From the NCBI GenBank assembly GCA_963724765.1, contig CAVRVY010000003.1, forward strand, positions 832,001 to 896,000: DNA of 64,000 nucleotides. Direction: 5' to 3'. Below the pieces are notes generated by a model, which saw only the letters and a program-made list of their open reading frames with translations, was not told the DNA's origin and ran no database searches. A program made the translations under genes and the position numbers. Every line of letters begins with the position of its first letter. Positions within the stretch are counted from its first letter, which is position 1. This DNA comes from an uncultured delta proteobacterium (lineage in GTDB: Bacteria > Desulfobacterota > Binatia > Binatales > Binataceae). Positions 55,731 to 64,000 of the stretch are shown piece after piece.

Positions 55731-56612
55731 ATGGTCATGGATATCGGCAAATATGGCGTTTGGTTCTTCTATGACGGGATGACTGCGGCGCAGAGCGCGG
55801 AGTTCGCGCGCACGGTCGAAAAGCACGGCTATGGAGCGCTCTGGATTCCCGAGGCAGTCGGGCGCGAGCCGTTCGCACATGCGGCCTACCTCGCGGCGCG
55901 CACGGAGCGGCTCGCCTTCGCCACCGGCATCGCGAACATCTATGCGCGCGACCCGCTGACGATGGCGGCGGCGGCCAAGACCGTCGCCGAGCTCTCGGGC
56001 GGCCGCTTCCTGCTCGGGATTGGCGTCAGCCACAAGCCGCTGGTGGCCAACCTGCGCGGCCATAGCTACGACAAACCCTACAGCTACATGCGCGAGTACC
56101 TGCCCAAGATGAAAAGCGCGCTCTACCGCGCGCCCGAGCCCAAGGAGCGGGTGCCGGTGGTGCTCGCCGCGTTGCATCCCAAAATGCTCGCACTGTGCGC
56201 GGCGGAGGCCGACGGCACGCATACCTACTTTGTGCCGCCCGAGCATACCGCGATGGCGCGCGCCGCGATCGGCCCCAAGCCGCTGATCTGCGTTGAGCAG
56301 GCGGTGGTTCTCGATACCGACGCGGCCAAGGCGCGAGCGACCGCGCGCGAGTACATGAAGACCTACGTGCCGCGCCTGCCCAATTACACCAACGCACTGA
56401 AGGCGCTGGGCTGGGCCGACAAGGAATTCGAGAACGGATGCAGTGACCGGCTGGTCGACACCATCGTGGCCTGGGGCACCGAGACCCAGATTCGCGACCG
56501 CGTCGAGGCGCAACTGAAGGCCGGCGCCAATCACGTGTGCATCCAACCGCTCAATACCGCGAATCCCCTGATGCCCGACGAGCGAGCGTTGCAGGCGCTG
56601 GCCCCGAAATAG
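55731..56612 (+). CDS. LLM class F420-dependent oxidoreductase (MSMEG_4141-like)
   Basis: GYGALWIPE, ATGIANIYARDP, GRFLLGIGVSH, AGANHVCIQ; start may be 55737. Confidence 0.88.
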   Translation: MVMDIGKYGVWFFYDGMTAAQSAEFARTVEKHGYGALWIPEAVGREPFAHAAYLAARTERLAFATGIANIYARDPLTMAAAAKTVAELSGGRFLLGIGVSHKPLVANLRGHSYDKPYSYMREYLPKMKSALYRAPEPKERVPVVLAALHPKMLALCAAEADGTHTYFVPPEHTAMARAAIGPKPLICVEQAVVLDTDAAKARATAREYMKTYVPRLPNYTNALKALGWADKEFENGCSDRLVDTIVAWGTETQIRDRVEAQLKAGANHVCIQPLNTANPLMPDERALQALAPK

Positions 56613-56617
56613 GCGCG

Positions 56618-56929
56618 ATGCGCGCGCGCGGGGTCAGGCTTGCCGGCGCGGCCGCGGTGATCGCGCTCGCGGCGTTGATGGCGAGCGGATGCGGGCCGTC
56701 GGCCGAAGAAAGCGCGGAGCGGGCAGAGGCGGCCGCCGCGCAGGCCCAGGCCGCCTCGGCCCGCGCGCAGGCCAAGGCTGCGCTCGCGAAGGAGGAGGCG
56801 GCCGACGCGCAGCGCCGCGCGGACCATGCCGCCCAGCTCTTCGAGGCCGCGACGGCCGAGTTCAACGATGCGGCCAACCGGCTCGACAGGTACCGGCGCG
56901 AGCAACAGGAGCAGGACCATGATCGGTAA
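56618..56929 (+). CDS. Hypothetical Ala-rich coiled-coil lipoprotein
   Basis: Signal peptide with lipobox ASGC followed by an Ala/Glu-rich helix. Confidence 0.65.
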   Translation: MRARGVRLAGAAAVIALAALMASGCGPSAEESAERAEAAAAQAQAASARAQAKAALAKEEAADAQRRADHAAQLFEAATAEFNDAANRLDRYRREQQEQDHDR

Positions 56930-57078
56930 GTCAGTTCGGTAAGTCAGTAAGGATTCCGTGAGTAAGTTGGAATGATGATCAGGAACTGATGCCCGTCGCG
57001 CTCGACAGGCAGCGGCTTGCCCGGCTCGTGACGCTCTGAGATAAGCGGAAAGGGTCGGAAAAAGATAAGGGTGCAAAA

Positions 57079-57723
57079 ATGAAGCTCTACAATATGAATC
57101 TCTCGAATTTTGCCACCAAGTCGCGGATTGCGATCTACGACAAGGGGCTTGATATCGAGATTGCCGCAATTCCTGGCAACAACCTCAAGTCGCCCGAATA
57201 CCTCAAGATTAATCCGCTCGGCAAAACCCCGGCGCTCGACGCCGACGGGATGGTCGTCGCTGAATCCGAGATCATCAACGAATACCTCGAAGACAAGTTT
57301 CCCAGCCCGCCGCTGCTGCCAAAAACCCCCGAGGGACGCGCGCGGGTGCGGATGTTTACCCGCTTTCACGACCTCTACCTGGAGCCCCCGCTGCGCGCGC
57401 TGTTCGGCCAACTCAATCCCAAAAGCCGTGACGAGAAAATCGTCAACGAACGGCTGACCGAGTTCAACCAACGCCTGGACCAGCTCGAAGCGATGCTCCC
57501 GCCCAGCGGATTCGCGGCCGGAGCGGAGTTCACGCTGGCCGACTGCGCAATCGCGCCAACGATGTTCTTCGCGACCAACATGCTGGCGGGCTTTGGCGCC
57601 AAACCGGCGCTGGAGGGGCGTCCCAAGCTGGAGGCGTGGTGGACGCACGTGCAGACACGGCCGTCGGTGACGAAGGCGCTGGCTGAGATGGGCGAGGCAC
57701 TGGCGGCCATGATGAAGCGTTAG
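57079..57723 (+). CDS. Glutathione S-transferase family protein
   Basis: YLKINPLGKTPAL, ESEIINEYLED, FTLADC, RPSV. Confidence 0.94.
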   Translation: MKLYNMNLSNFATKSRIAIYDKGLDIEIAAIPGNNLKSPEYLKINPLGKTPALDADGMVVAESEIINEYLEDKFPSPPLLPKTPEGRARVRMFTRFHDLYLEPPLRALFGQLNPKSRDEKIVNERLTEFNQRLDQLEAMLPPSGFAAGAEFTLADCAIAPTMFFATNMLAGFGAKPALEGRPKLEAWWTHVQTRPSVTKALAEMGEALAAMMKR

Positions 57724-57882
57724 CGTTTCGCCAACCCTCGCCGCGCGCCTCCGATGACGCCGCTTGGGCCGCCGCTGACCGCATCGTTAGCTGACTTGCG
57801 CGATTTCATTGAGCGCTGTCCCGCGCGCTAGCGTGAAGCCGGTTTGCTCGCCACGCGCAAGCGCCCGCATAAAGGAAAATCA

Positions 57883-58905
57883 GTGTTGAAGCTGTCGGTC
57901 ATCGACCAGTCGCCAGTGTCCGCCGGCTCGAGTCCGGCCGACGCGCTGCGCAACTCGATCGAACTTGCTCGCCTGGCCGACCGGCTGGGCTACGAGCGCT
58001 ATTGGATCGCCGAGCATCACGCCATCACGGCCCTGGCCAGTCCTGCGCCCGAAATACTGATGACGCGGATCGCCGCCGAAACCTCCGGCATCCGGGTCGG
58101 CTCGGGTGGCGTGATGCTGCCGCACTACAGCCCGCTCAAGGTCGCGGAAACTTTCCGCATGCTCCACGCCTTGTATCCGGGCCGCATCGACCTCGGCGTC
58201 GGACGCGCGCCCGGAGGCACTCCGCTCGATACTTTCGCGCTCCAGCGCTATCGCGGCCAGCAATTGTCGAGCGACGATTTTCCGCAACAACTGCTGGAGC
58301 TGTTGGCCTTCCTGAACCGCGACTTCCCGGCCAAGCATCCGTTCGGCCGCCTCACCGTCTCTCCCGACATGCCGGGCTGTCCCGAGATCTGGCTGCTCGG
58401 TTCCAGCATGTGGAGCGCCGCGGCGGCGGCGCAATTCGGATTGCGCTACGCCTTCGCCCATTTCATCGATTCCAATCCAACCCGCGCCGCGCTGGAGCAT
58501 TATTTCTCGCACTTCACCGCGTCCAAAGAATTGTCGGCGCCGTACGCGATGGTCGCGCCGGGCGTGCTTTGCGCCGACACGGAAGCTGAAGCCGAGCGCC
58601 TGCTCACCAGCGCGCGGCTTTTCCGCCGCCGTATCCGGCAGGGCGACGTGCGCCCGATTCCGACCCCCGAAGACGCGATCGCGGAGCTGGGCCCATCGCC
58701 GGAAACGCCACCCAACGAGCTTGGCGATTGGCCGCGCTACTTCGCCGGTACGCCCGAGCGGGTTCGCGACCAGCTAATCGATATGGCGAGCGTGCTCCAC
58801 GTCGACGAGCTGATGATAGTCACGATCGTGCACGACCATCGCGCACGCATGCGCTCCTACGAGCTCCTCGCCAAAGCCTTCAATCTCACTCCACGTTCCA
58901 CATAG
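57883..58905 (+). CDS. LLM class flavin-dependent oxidoreductase (luciferase-like)
   Basis: LSVIDQSP, RYWIAEHH, GSGGVMLPHYSPLKVAE, RIDLGVGRAPG. Confidence 0.92.
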   Translation: MLKLSVIDQSPVSAGSSPADALRNSIELARLADRLGYERYWIAEHHAITALASPAPEILMTRIAAETSGIRVGSGGVMLPHYSPLKVAETFRMLHALYPGRIDLGVGRAPGGTPLDTFALQRYRGQQLSSDDFPQQLLELLAFLNRDFPAKHPFGRLTVSPDMPGCPEIWLLGSSMWSAAAAAQFGLRYAFAHFIDSNPTRAALEHYFSHFTASKELSAPYAMVAPGVLCADTEAEAERLLTSARLFRRRIRQGDVRPIPTPEDAIAELGPSPETPPNELGDWPRYFAGTPERVRDQLIDMASVLHVDELMIVTIVHDHRARMRSYELLAKAFNLTPRST

Positions 58906-58979
58906 AGGCAGACGCGCGTATTCGCCAGGCGGTTATGCCGGGATGAGAAAACTCGTTTCCAGCAGAGAGGAATTGATAC

Positions 58980-59738
58980 ATGGACTCAGCGGGCAAGGTC
59001 GCAATCGTCACCGGCGCGGGCACCGGAATAGGCAAGCAGGCCGCGCTGGCCCTGCTGCACGATGGTTACTCGGTGGTGCTGGCGGGGCGCCGCCGGGAGC
59101 CGTTGGAGGCGACCGCGCTGGAAGGACAATCCTCCGGCGCGCGAGCGCTGGTGGTACCCGCTGACGTAGGCGATCCCGCCTCCGTAAAATCGCTGTTCGC
59201 CAGGACCAAAGAGACTTTCGGCCGGCTCGACCTGCTATTCAACAATGCGGGCGTCGGCGCACCCGGCATTCCGCTAGAAGACCTCACTTATGAGCAATGG
59301 AAGTCGGTAGTGGATATCAATTTGACCGGCGCGTTCCTCTGTACGCAGGAAGCGTTCCGAATCATGAAGAGCCAGGATCCCCGCGGCGGACGTATCATCA
59401 ACAACGGCTCGATCTCCGCCCACGCGCCGCGGCCAAACTCCGCTCCATACACGGCCACCAAACACGCGATGACCGGACTGACCAAGGCGACCTCGCTCGA
59501 CGGCCGCAAGTACGATATCGCCTGCGGCCAGATCGATATCGGCAACGCCGCCACCGAGATGACCGCGCGGATGAAACGCGGCGTCCCGCAGGCCAACGGC
59601 GCGCTCGAAATCGAGCCGACGTTCGATGCTCAGCAGGTCGCGCGCGGTGTGGTCTACATGGCCAGTCTGCCACTGGAAGCCAACGTGCTCTTCATGACGG
59701 TGATGGCGACCAAGATGCCGCTGGTCGGCCGCGGTTAG
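58980..59738 (+). CDS. SDR family oxidoreductase
   Basis: [22 protein letters not shown]. Confidence 0.95.
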   Translation: MDSAGKVAIVTGAGTGIGKQAALALLHDGYSVVLAGRRREPLEATALEGQSSGARALVVPADVGDPASVKSLFARTKETFGRLDLLFNNAGVGAPGIPLEDLTYEQWKSVVDINLTGAFLCTQEAFRIMKSQDPRGGRIINNGSISAHAPRPNSAPYTATKHAMTGLTKATSLDGRKYDIACGQIDIGNAATEMTARMKRGVPQANGALEIEPTFDAQQVARGVVYMASLPLEANVLFMTVMATKMPLVGRG

Positions 59739-59784
59739 AATGGGACGGGCGGGCCTGAGACGAGACTGACAAGATGAGCCTACC

Positions 59785-59963
59785 TCGCTCTCCAGGCTCA
59801 GCGCGTCGCGGCTCTTTTTGAGAGCGCGTTCCGGATAGCCCAATTCCCATAAAAGGCAGGCGGCCAAACAGCGGGACGCAACCCCGGCGTCGAAACCATA
59901 GACGAAAGCCTGAGAGCGATGTTGCCGCGCATCATAGAGGGCGATGGCTCGCTCACAATGCTC
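59785..59963 (-). pseudogene. Fragment of an adenylate cyclase-STAND-family TPR region
   Basis: Translates to EHCERAIALYDARQHRSQAFVYGFDAGVASRCLAACLLWELGYPERALKKSRDALSL, homologous to EHLD...LAFGQDPKV..L...AWTLWIQGYPDQAL in the 61483 ORF. Confidence 0.7.
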
Positions 59964-60044
59964 ACTCCTGGCCGTGCTATGAAGCGCCTCGCTCGCTCGT
60001 AAGCGAGCCGACTCTGGTTGCGATGCGAACCAGACCCGGATTTT

Positions 60045-60914
60045 TCATTTCTTCGAGAGCCTCATTAGGCAGTATTGAAGACCTCCGTCCGCTAAAGCCT
60101 GCTGCATCAGCGCATGCGCCCGTATGGACGAATGGCATCGCACCCCTCCGTCCGGCGCCGGGCTCTTCTCACGTATCTCCGCTTCAATCAGCTCTTTCGT
60201 CGTGGCCCAGAAGTGCTTCGTCCGTTGAGAGATATCGTGAACCGAATCTACTTGGAAATCTGCTTGCTCCGCGAAGTCAAAATACTCCGGTATCGTGCCT
60301 ATTCGTGTGTGCCAGTAACTGTTGAACGCAGTCTCGTATTCCGGACGACCAAGAAAGCAGTCGGCAATCAACACATGACCTTTGGCTCGTAACAGTGAAG
60401 CGAGTCGCACGAACCATTTCCTACGCTCGAGGTGGCACGAGCTATCTATTGCCACAGCAGCATCGAAGCGGTCTTCACCCGGTACCGCGAGCGCGTCACA
60501 AAGAAGTGGCCGTATTCGCGAAGCAACCCCGGCCTGTGCCGCGAAACGCACTACCCAATCCACATGGGATGCAACACAGGTGTTCGCAGTTACACGTGCG
60601 CCGAACTGTTCTGCCCAAAAAATTGCGCCCCCGCCAAATCCACAGCCAACATCCAGCACTTCACCCGTGAGAGTCGGCGATGCATCCCAAGCATCTACTG
60701 CACAGTAGAGCAGACGCTCCTGTGCAGCGACAAGTCTTCGTCTCAAGTCGAGACGTGACAATTCGGGTGGGGGAGCATCATCCATCAGACCAGTGTGGTA
60801 GTGCACGCGCGGCCCCGGACCGTAGCGCTCGAGGATCGACTTGGTCTTAGAATGATAGTAACTTGTGACGTCTTGAAGGCTTGGAGTATAAGTCTCCATA
60901 TAACGCTGCATCAA
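60045..60914 (-). CDS. SAM-dependent methyltransferase, sterol/tocopherol/prenyl C-methyltransferase-like
   Basis: VLDVGCGFGG SAM motif; N-terminal YY...RYGPGPRVHYHTG; FDAAVAIDSSCH. Confidence 0.8.
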   Translation of the reverse strand: MMQRYMETYTPSLQDVTSYYHSKTKSILERYGPGPRVHYHTGLMDDAPPPELSRLDLRRRLVAAQERLLYCAVDAWDASPTLTGEVLDVGCGFGGGAIFWAEQFGARVTANTCVASHVDWVVRFAAQAGVASRIRPLLCDALAVPGEDRFDAAVAIDSSCHLERRKWFVRLASLLRAKGHVLIADCFLGRPEYETAFNSYWHTRIGTIPEYFDFAEQADFQVDSVHDISQRTKHFWATTKELIEAEIREKSPAPDGGVRCHSSIRAHALMQQALADGGLQYCLMRLSKK

Positions 60915-61043
60915 GGCTGAGATCTTAGGTCGAAGCCAATCTCAGCATGCCTTAGTGTTGGGCAATAACTGGAGAGCGCAAGATCTTTTAACCAACACTA
61001 TTCAGAAGCCGCTTTTTTAAAGAATGCTGAAGCCCCGCATTGA

Positions 61044-61439
61044 CTATAGACTATCTGATCCCCACAAGAAGAGCAGTTTCCAACTTCCTGATGCTTTCGT
61101 AAACAAGAAGAAATACCTGATCGTGTCTGAGCCGTTGTCGTCCGACCAGTTGGCAAGGCCACAAACTGATCCGAGGTTCTCATCGATAGTTTCGGCCTGT
61201 GGCAGAGGATTAAATATAGGATTATCCTTGACCTCTTGCCGAAGAAAATCCATGACATTACTTATTCCTAAGACCAACTCTTTAGAGTCTGGATGACTAA
61301 CCCTTTTGAGAACGACATAATGATCAAGCAAAGATTCGACGTTGTCCCAGTCACGCTCGTTGAAGTAAAGTCGTGCCAAATCAAAAGTTTGCTTCAGAGT
61401 GGTGCTGCCCTCCAAATGCATTTGCCATTTAGAATCCAT
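61044..61439 (-). CDS. Small hypothetical protein, possible SnoaL/NTF2-like fold
   Basis: AGGAGG SD; FNERDWDNVESLL...G...V.DFL...W.D...F.F....WK pattern. Confidence 0.6.
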   Translation of the reverse strand: MDSKWQMHLEGSTTLKQTFDLARLYFNERDWDNVESLLDHYVVLKRVSHPDSKELVLGISNVMDFLRQEVKDNPIFNPLPQAETIDENLGSVCGLANWSDDNGSDTIRYFFLFTKASGSWKLLFLWGSDSL

Positions 61440-61482
61440 TGTTCCCTCCTTGAGCTTCTCTTAGAAAGGTTTTCCAAACCGC

Positions 61483-64000
61483 TCAACGGAACTCAAGTGA
61501 TGACGACTCCATCAACATCTTACTTTCCATCAGATCCGGCGTATGAAACCCTTCTGTAAAAGACCGGTAGATCTCAGCCATTTTTCGCTGAGCTTCAGCA
61601 CCCCTGCCCTGCTTTTCATGGAATCGGCAAAGGCTAAGTGCAGCCCGCAACTCCAGGGACTTGGCGTTTTGGCGAGATGCAATACTAATGGCCTGATTAA
61701 AAAGAGCTTCGGCCTGTTCCTGTCTCTCGGACCTTGCGGGTTGATCCTCGGATAAGCCGATGATTAGTTCTGCTTTGAGTCGACACATCTCGGATTCCCA
61801 CCAACGCTCTTGAGTTCGGGCTACGATTTTTTGAGCCTCGGCTAACGCGACCAATCCCTGTTCAGCTTGGCCTGCTCTTCCGTGGGCCTCCGACGCGAGC
61901 GCAAGAAAATAGGGGACCATAACCTCGGCACCTGTGGCGCGGAAAGCGAACAAGCCTTTTCGAACTTGCTCAATACCGTCGTCGAGGATTCCTCGTTGAG
62001 TCAGCGCCCAACCCCGCATCACCAATCCCCAAGATCGCCAGTACTCAAACTCGTTCTCCGTCGATATTTTGATCGCGGCTTCGGCATGTTCTTGGGTTGC
62101 TGGGGCGTCTCGGCACAGCTGAAGGACCATTGCTCCAAAGCTCAAGGCTGCCGCCAAGCTGTAGGGGTGAGATAGCTTTCGCGCGAGCGCGACAGCCTGC
62201 GCGCTCTTATCGAGCGCCTGATCCGGGTAGCCTTGTATCCATAAAGTCCAAGCGGCTTGTGAAAGACACACTACTTTCGGGTCCTGGCCGAAGGCCAGCG
62301 AACCACACTGCGAAGAGTCGTGGTTTGCGATCACATAGTCGAGATGCTCCATGGCCGGAACAAACTCCGCGAGAGCTGTCAATGTAACTCCAAGTGCATG
62401 ATGCGCCTCCACTAGGAAAAAAGGGTCCTGAGCTGATTTAGCCAGGCTAAGGCACTCGTCAGCCAGCTCGCGAGCGGTTCCGTGTTCCGCCCTCGCGGTA
62501 TAAAAGACCCACAATCCCCACAACACGGGAAAAAGCTGAGGCGCCTGTCCCAACTGCTGACAAAGCTCGCGCGCTCGACCATAAGCTCTACCAACTTCAG
62601 GAGAGGCAAACCCCTTAATAGCTATTACGGGTGTACCTAGCACTAATTGAAGTGCGAGTTCTTGCTGTAGCCGTTCCGGCCTTTCAGGAAGAGCCTTGAT
62701 TAGCTCCAGGCCCTTGGCGAGATGACTTACCGCCTCAGCATTTGCGGATCTTTGAATAGCTTTTTCACCAGCTAGTTTCCAGTAAGGTATCGCATCTTCG
62801 GCGAGATCGGCTTCGGTGTAATGATGAGCGAGAAGCTGAGGCTGGCCTTCTACCAGCGCCGAGTAGTGCGTCCTTAGTTCGACGGCAATCCGCCGGTGAT
62901 AGGTTCGCCGTTTGCTCCGCAATAGGGATTCATAGGCAGCTTCTTGGATCAGCGTATGTCTGAATCTGTAGCTCGCTTCTGGGGGAATCCCCTGTTCGAG
63001 CAGCAGTTCGGCATTCGCTAGTCTGCTTAGCGCTGAATCGAGCTGTTGCTCCTCGACTTCAGCGATCGCACTGAGCAGTTCCCAAGAGAACTCATGCCCT
63101 ATTACGGAGGCTATCTGCGCGATTTCTCTCGCTTCTCCCAGGCGATCCAATCGTGCCATCAATGAGTCACGTAACGTTGCCGGAATCTCGTGCAATGCCG
63201 GGCTCGCGTCGCCCCCCTCGACCATAGTTCGGATCAATTCTTCGACGAACAGCGGCACCCCGCCGCTGCGTTCGATGACAGCTTCGATCGTGTCAGCCGG
63301 CAGCGAAGTGTTTGCTGTCATCAAAGTCGCCATGTCGCGCGCATTACGTGCGTTCAGACGATTCAGGGTCAGTTGGGCATGATGTGCTCGCATGGGCCAA
63401 GGCGGACGAAATTCCGGGCGAGCGGTGCAGATCAGAAGCAGTGGGGCCATCGCGTTCTGCTCAACTAACAGCTGGACAGCTTCCAGCGTAGAGGGGTCGG
63501 CCCAATGGAGGTCCTCGACTTCGATCACCAACGGTTGAATTCGTGCGGTCCCGATCGCCCAACTCGCGATTGTTGCCAGCAATCGCTTGCGCTGTTGTTC
63601 TGGTGGCTTTTGCGGCGGGGTGTATGTCGATGGAACCGCAATGTTCATGAGCGGCGCAATCAGCGGAACTGCCTCGTCGAGCTTGACGCCCGCTAATTTG
63701 AGCGATGCCTCGAGACCGGAGATTCGTTCTTCGGCCGTTTGCTGGCCTCGCCATCGAAACGCCTGCTGCAGCATATCCTCGATCGTATAGAAGGGAGTGT
63801 TCTGATGTAGCGATACTGCAGCAGATTCAACCCAAGTATGTCGGGTATTTGCAATCAGCTCGCGGAAGCGCTGAACCAGGCGTGACTTTCCGATTCCCGC
63901 TTCGCCTACGATCAGTACAGTTTGTCCTTCTCCTTCACGGGCCTGCTCCCAGCGATTCATTAGGAGACGCAATTCGTCTTCGCGCCCGATAAATGGTGTT
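61483..64000 (-). CDS. AAA-ATPase (STAND) + TPR protein of the adenylate/guanylate cyclase-fused family (5' partial)
   Basis: FIGRE, Walker A GEAGIGKS, Walker B EDLHWAD, GGVPLFVEE, LMARLDRL, FRHTLIQEAAY, KSLELRAA; frame open to the window end. Confidence 0.9.
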   Translation of the reverse strand, partial: TPFIGREDELRLLMNRWEQAREGEGQTVLIVGEAGIGKSRLVQRFRELIANTRHTWVESAAVSLHQNTPFYTIEDMLQQAFRWRGQQTAEERISGLEASLKLAGVKLDEAVPLIAPLMNIAVPSTYTPPQKPPEQQRKRLLATIASWAIGTARIQPLVIEVEDLHWADPSTLEAVQLLVEQNAMAPLLLICTARPEFRPPWPMRAHHAQLTLNRLNARNARDMATLMTANTSLPADTIEAVIERSGGVPLFVEELIRTMVEGGDASPALHEIPATLRDSLMARLDRLGEAREIAQIASVIGHEFSWELLSAIAEVEEQQLDSALSRLANAELLLEQGIPPEASYRFRHTLIQEAAYESLLRSKRRTYHRRIAVELRTHYSALVEGQPQLLAHHYTEADLAEDAIPYWKLAGEKAIQRSANAEAVSHLAKGLELIKALPERPERLQQELALQLVLGTPVIAIKGFASPEVGRAYGRARELCQQLGQAPQLFPVLWGLWVFYTARAEHGTARELADECLSLAKSAQDPFFLVEAHHALGVTLTALAEFVPAMEHLDYVIANHDSSQCGSLAFGQDPKVVCLSQAAWTLWIQGYPDQALDKSAQAVALARKLSHPYSLAAALSFGAMVLQLCRDAPATQEHAEAAIKISTENEFEYWRSWGLVMRGWALTQRGILDDGIEQVRKGLFAFRATGAEVMVPYFLALASEAHGRAGQAEQGLVALAEAQKIVARTQERWWESEMCRLKAELIIGLSEDQPARSERQEQAEALFNQAISIASRQNAKSLELRAALSLCRFHEKQGRGAEAQRKMAEIYRSFTEGFHTPDLMESKMLMESSSLEFR

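Noticed and set aside
56924-56952. CGGTAAGTCAGT tandem repeat after the lipoprotein stop
   Set aside because: Two short copies spanning a stop codon; local duplication with no supporting context

Overview
High-GC bacterial chromosomal segment. Gene content and the Pro-Arg-His-Lys tRNA order suggest a deltaproteobacteria-like lineage such as Ca. Binatota (inference, not tested). The core (about 3-59.7 kb) is housekeeping and metabolic: tRNA cluster, rpoD, family-B DNA polymerase, rarA, type II pantothenate kinase, CoA-transferase pair, selA, ribB fusion, DsbD-like protein, gyrB-gyrA, frmA, cobB-cobQ-chdC, a propionyl-CoA carboxylase/methylmalonyl-CoA mutase operon, a P450 and LLM oxidoreductases. 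Two accessory flanks have visibly lower GC. On the left, a ~740-bp integrase-less element abuts tRNA-Lys(CTT). It has inverted tandem arm-type repeats, an att-like core copy that differs from the tRNA only at the anticodon triplet, an iteron-like GACTCTT array around an AT-rich tract, and a small Cys4 ORF. On the right is a STAND-type AAA-ATPase/TPR gene with a small SnoaL-like ORF, a C-methyltransferase-like gene and a relic of a second STAND gene. An unannotated CxxU selenoprotein (in-frame UGA plus SECIS hairpin) lies at 45829-46179. Four genes carry single frameshifts that look like sequencing indels. All product calls rest on motif recognition only; no database searches were run.
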